Shown one piece after another: positions 60,762-64,000 of a DNA stretch of 64,000 nucleotides (within the stretch, counting starts at the first letter, position 1; every line of letters begins with the position of its first letter). Under the pieces are notes generated by a model, which saw nothing but the letters and a program-made list of their open reading frames with translations, searched no databases and had not been told where the DNA came from. Location: positions 1-64,000 of the forward strand of contig CAVPNL010000008.1 of the NCBI GenBank assembly GCA_963706575.1, in the 5' to 3' direction. A program made the position numbers and the translations under genes. This DNA is from an uncultured delta proteobacterium (GTDB taxonomy: Bacteria > Desulfobacterota > Desulfobacteria > Desulfobacterales > JAHEIW01).

Positions 60762-63700
60762 ATGAACAATAGAATATGTCAGCAGGGCAGAAAGGGCCGC
60801 AGCCGCGGCAGCGCAAGATGGACAGCCGCGGCACTGGTTCTGGTCCTTTTCCTGTTTGGCGTTGCGACCTCAGCCCAGGCTGCGTGGTATGACTCGAACT
60901 GGCAGTACCGCAAGAAGCTTACCATCGACTACAAAAAGTTGGGGCGACACTGATCAACTTCCCCGTTTTAGTCTCTCTTTCTTCCGATGCCGACCTTGCT
61001 GCCGATGCTCAGGATGACAATGACGATATCCTCTTCACCAGTTCTAATGGCACCACCAAACTGGACCACGAGATCGAATATTTCAACGGCACCACCGGCC
61101 AGCTCGTCGCCTGGGTGAAGATTCCCAGCCTCTCCAACACGGTGGACACCGAAATCTACATGTACTATGGGAATGGTTCTGCAACCAGCCAGCAGAATGC
61201 CGACAGGGGTGTGGGATGATGGCGGCTTAAATTACTACAAGGGTGTCTGGCATCTCAATCAGAGTTTTGCAGACAGCACCACATACGGCAACAATGGAAC
61301 CAACAACGGTACTACTGATACCAGCGGAAAGATTGCCAATGGGCGGGATTTCGAGAACAACCCGACCCCCTCCAACCAATACATCTCGGTGGCAGACAAT
61401 GCCAGCCTTCATATCTCGGACTACATCACCGTTGAAGCCTGGGTGAATCCGGAAACCGTTGGTGTTTGGGAGACAATTGTCTCCAAAATGAGGACGGGCG
61501 CGCAGGAAGACCTCTACTTTGTTTTAGACGACAGTACTTCTTCGCTATTTGTAGGTTTGAGTGGCGCTTATCTAAATTGGGACTCAGGTGTCGATATTAC
61601 TGACGGAAGTTGGCAACATGTCGCTATGACCTATAATGGGTCTAACCTTCGTGTTTACAGAAATGGGGCCCAGACGTCGGTGGGAGCCACTGGGACGCTC
61701 GACCTCGCTACGAACACAGATCCCCTTTATATGGGGTATAACACTGGATGGACTAACGAGCTCTGGGACGGACAGCTCGATGAAGTCCGGATCTCTAATT
61801 ACGCCCGTCCCGGCACCTGGATCAGCACCGAGTTCAACAACCAGGACGACCCCGGGCCCGGCGCCGGGTCGTTTTTCAAAAGCCTGGGAAGTGAAGAACA
61901 AGCGACGCCACCTCCATTTACCGCTCGGTGGGCACCACGGCTACCGCGCTGGCTAGTGGTGGCGCCGGTAGTACACAGGCAATTAAGATTCAGAGAGGCA
62001 CCGCTGACGTGCCCAATACCGGCACGACGCAGACTGCCCCCAGCAACTTTACGGCCTTTGGTTCATTAACCTCAGCATTTGTATTGAATAAGAATAACAG
62101 ATTTGGCTCAGCGGGTGCTTCTGCTCTCGACGCGACAAACAGACTTGTTGCTGATTTGTCTTTGAGAATTGAGCTTACGGCGACCGATACTATCACCTTT
62201 ACCAGATTAGCGACTGGCGATGCAGCTAATTATCGAGCTGATTGGGAATCCTGGGAATATGTCGGCGCACCCGGCGGTCCGAATGAATTTATTGTCCGTT
62301 CAAGAGATACGGTTACGATTACCGCCGGCAGTAGAACCAACGCCGCAACTCTTACCAATACGCCAACTGATATTAACAAATGTATTCCATTCATTACGGG
62401 CATTTCCAATACAAATACCGGGACAGCATCGCAAGGCCTGACTGCGCTTGCCTGGATATCCGGAGCCAATACGCTCAATATCGAACGTGGCGGTGACGCA
62501 AGGAGACACCGTTGTTCAGGTAGTCACCGTTGAGTTCACCGGTTCAAACTGGAGAGTCGGCCATGGTAGGACCAGCTGATTTTGATGGTGTTACTGGCGA
62601 TACCGGAACTGTAACTCTATATGAAGATGCTGATGGTCAAACGACTCCTTTCACCTTAAACAGTGTGAACAACGCAATCATTGGCTTCCGCCCAATTCAA
62701 AGGCGACGATACGGGTAACAATTATGCTATCGAAGATACCTACCCGGCAATGTATATCAGCAGCTACAACCCAGGTTTCCTGGGTATTTGATGTTGGCCA
62801 CGGCGGCACAGACAACCAGATCTTTGTTCATGTCCTTGAAAACTGCCGACATGTCTGTCACTCCGTTATCCACTAACTACCGGAAATGTGGCAGGTGATA
62901 GCGATGTCGACATTACTTCTGCCGGGGTTACAGACTTAACGAATACGGCTATCTTTGGGACTCGAGAATCATCAGGCGGAGGAACCGCCTTGCCTAGAGG
63001 ATGGATGAACTATCGGCTGACAAGTACGACAAACGCAGCTCTGTGGTGTACCCGTTTAGGGAATACAATTGAATCCAGAATTGAAATTGCCATTATGCCC
63101 AGGATCCAGGATCGGCACCAACGAATTGGTTATTTCCGGGTCAACCGCCACCTTTGGCACCGCCCTGGATGATAATATCGGCGTCGGCGACGTGATTCAG
63201 TATGATTCCGATGGCAACGGCAGCATCGATGCGCTGGCATTTGTTCACGGGCGAACCGACTCTCAGACCTATACGGTCAAAGACAAAGACGGTAATCCGC
63301 CCACAGCGGTGACGTCAGACTATGACTGGGAGATCTTATCGCGCCTATACCTCACTGGCCAACTGGGAATCTCAAACCGAAAATTCAAACATCACCGAAC
63401 CTGTCGAAAATGATGTCAATCCGTCAACGGATCTGGTCAGCGCCAATGCGATTATGATGGCGGCCTGTTATGCAGACGGGGCGGATACGACTGCAGTCAC
63501 CATCGACGGCTGGACCACCGGAGACAATAACTATATTAAAATTTATACACCGGTTTCTTCATCCGAGGTCGGCGCATCCCAGCGGCATAATGGTACCTGG
63601 GATGACAGCAAATATCGAATCGAATCCACCAGCGCTCCGATTAACATCGGCGCAGGCAGGTACCGGAGCTGCAAACGTGTGGATCGACGGGTTACAGATC

Positions 63701-64000
63701 TATTTGTCATCCGTAACCGGCAATGGCAATTCCGGTATCCTCTCTTATCAGACGGCCCAGGCAAATCATAGAATCAGCAACAATATCATCCGCAGCGTGA
63801 CAAACAATACTTACTCTTATGTTGGAATATATCTTTATGACGCTGCGGCGAGCAGTGAGGCGCGGATCTGGAATAACATCGTATACGGTTTCGATGGTAC
63901 GAATGCATCCGGCATCGGCAATTCCGATTCAGATTATACAGCCTACGTCTATAATAACACCGTCTATGATTGTACGACCGGTTATGGGACATCTGGGACA
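60762..64000 (+). CDS. Third secreted modular surface protein C (5' part only; frameshifted; start may be slightly upstream)
   Basis: Signal peptide ..TSAQA|AWYDSNWQYRKKLTID; DUF2341 (LDHEIEYF..LVAWVKIP); LamG-like (GQLDEVRIS); LYRSVG-type module paralogous to genes A and B; runs off the window end. Confidence 0.8.

Noticed and set aside
21957..63992. Many 60-240-aa alternative-frame and minus-strand ORFs
   Set aside because: They are shadow ORFs of GC-rich or Gly-rich coding sequence with no recognisable motifs, except the + strand pieces used for reconstruction.

Overview
Bacterial cell-surface locus; all recognisable genes are on the + strand. The intergenic repeat types and sigma-54 usage suggest Desulfobacterota, but this is inference only. 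Dozens of 1-bp indels split genes and look like long-read consensus error, so several CDS below are reconstructed across frames. Left to right: (1) 0.1-7.4 kb, a surface-glycan block of five GT4 glycosyltransferases and a CDP-tyvelose-epimerase-like SDR, AT-rich up to ~6.2 kb. (2) 7.6-11.9 kb, an ABC exporter, a radical SAM/SPASM protein, a four-helix-bundle gene and a Ser/His S26-type peptidase, with no visible precursor peptide. (3) 12.4-20.8 kb, a sigma-54 type IV minor-pilin operon fimT-pilV-pilW-pilX-pilY1-pilY2-like with a very long modular PilY1. (4) 21.6 kb to the end, a tandem array of three giant secreted modular proteins (~5,300 aa, ~7,100 aa, and a third running off the window). 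Each giant gene has the same promoter block: sigma-28-like box, near-palindromic activator site, sigma-54 promoter. The two complete giants end in a near-identical ~3.9 kb cassette: PTAISLxxFTA domain, TSP3-like repeats, gingipain propeptide, PorU/gingipain-like C25 Cys-peptidase with intact His/Cys, Fn3, and a 'CFV'+TM+basic tail. Their bodies are built from shared modules, and whole passenger domains are inserted into loops of host domains. The best candidate for an undescribed system is this co-regulated, module-swapping family of giant adhesins that carry their own C25 processing/anchoring enzyme.
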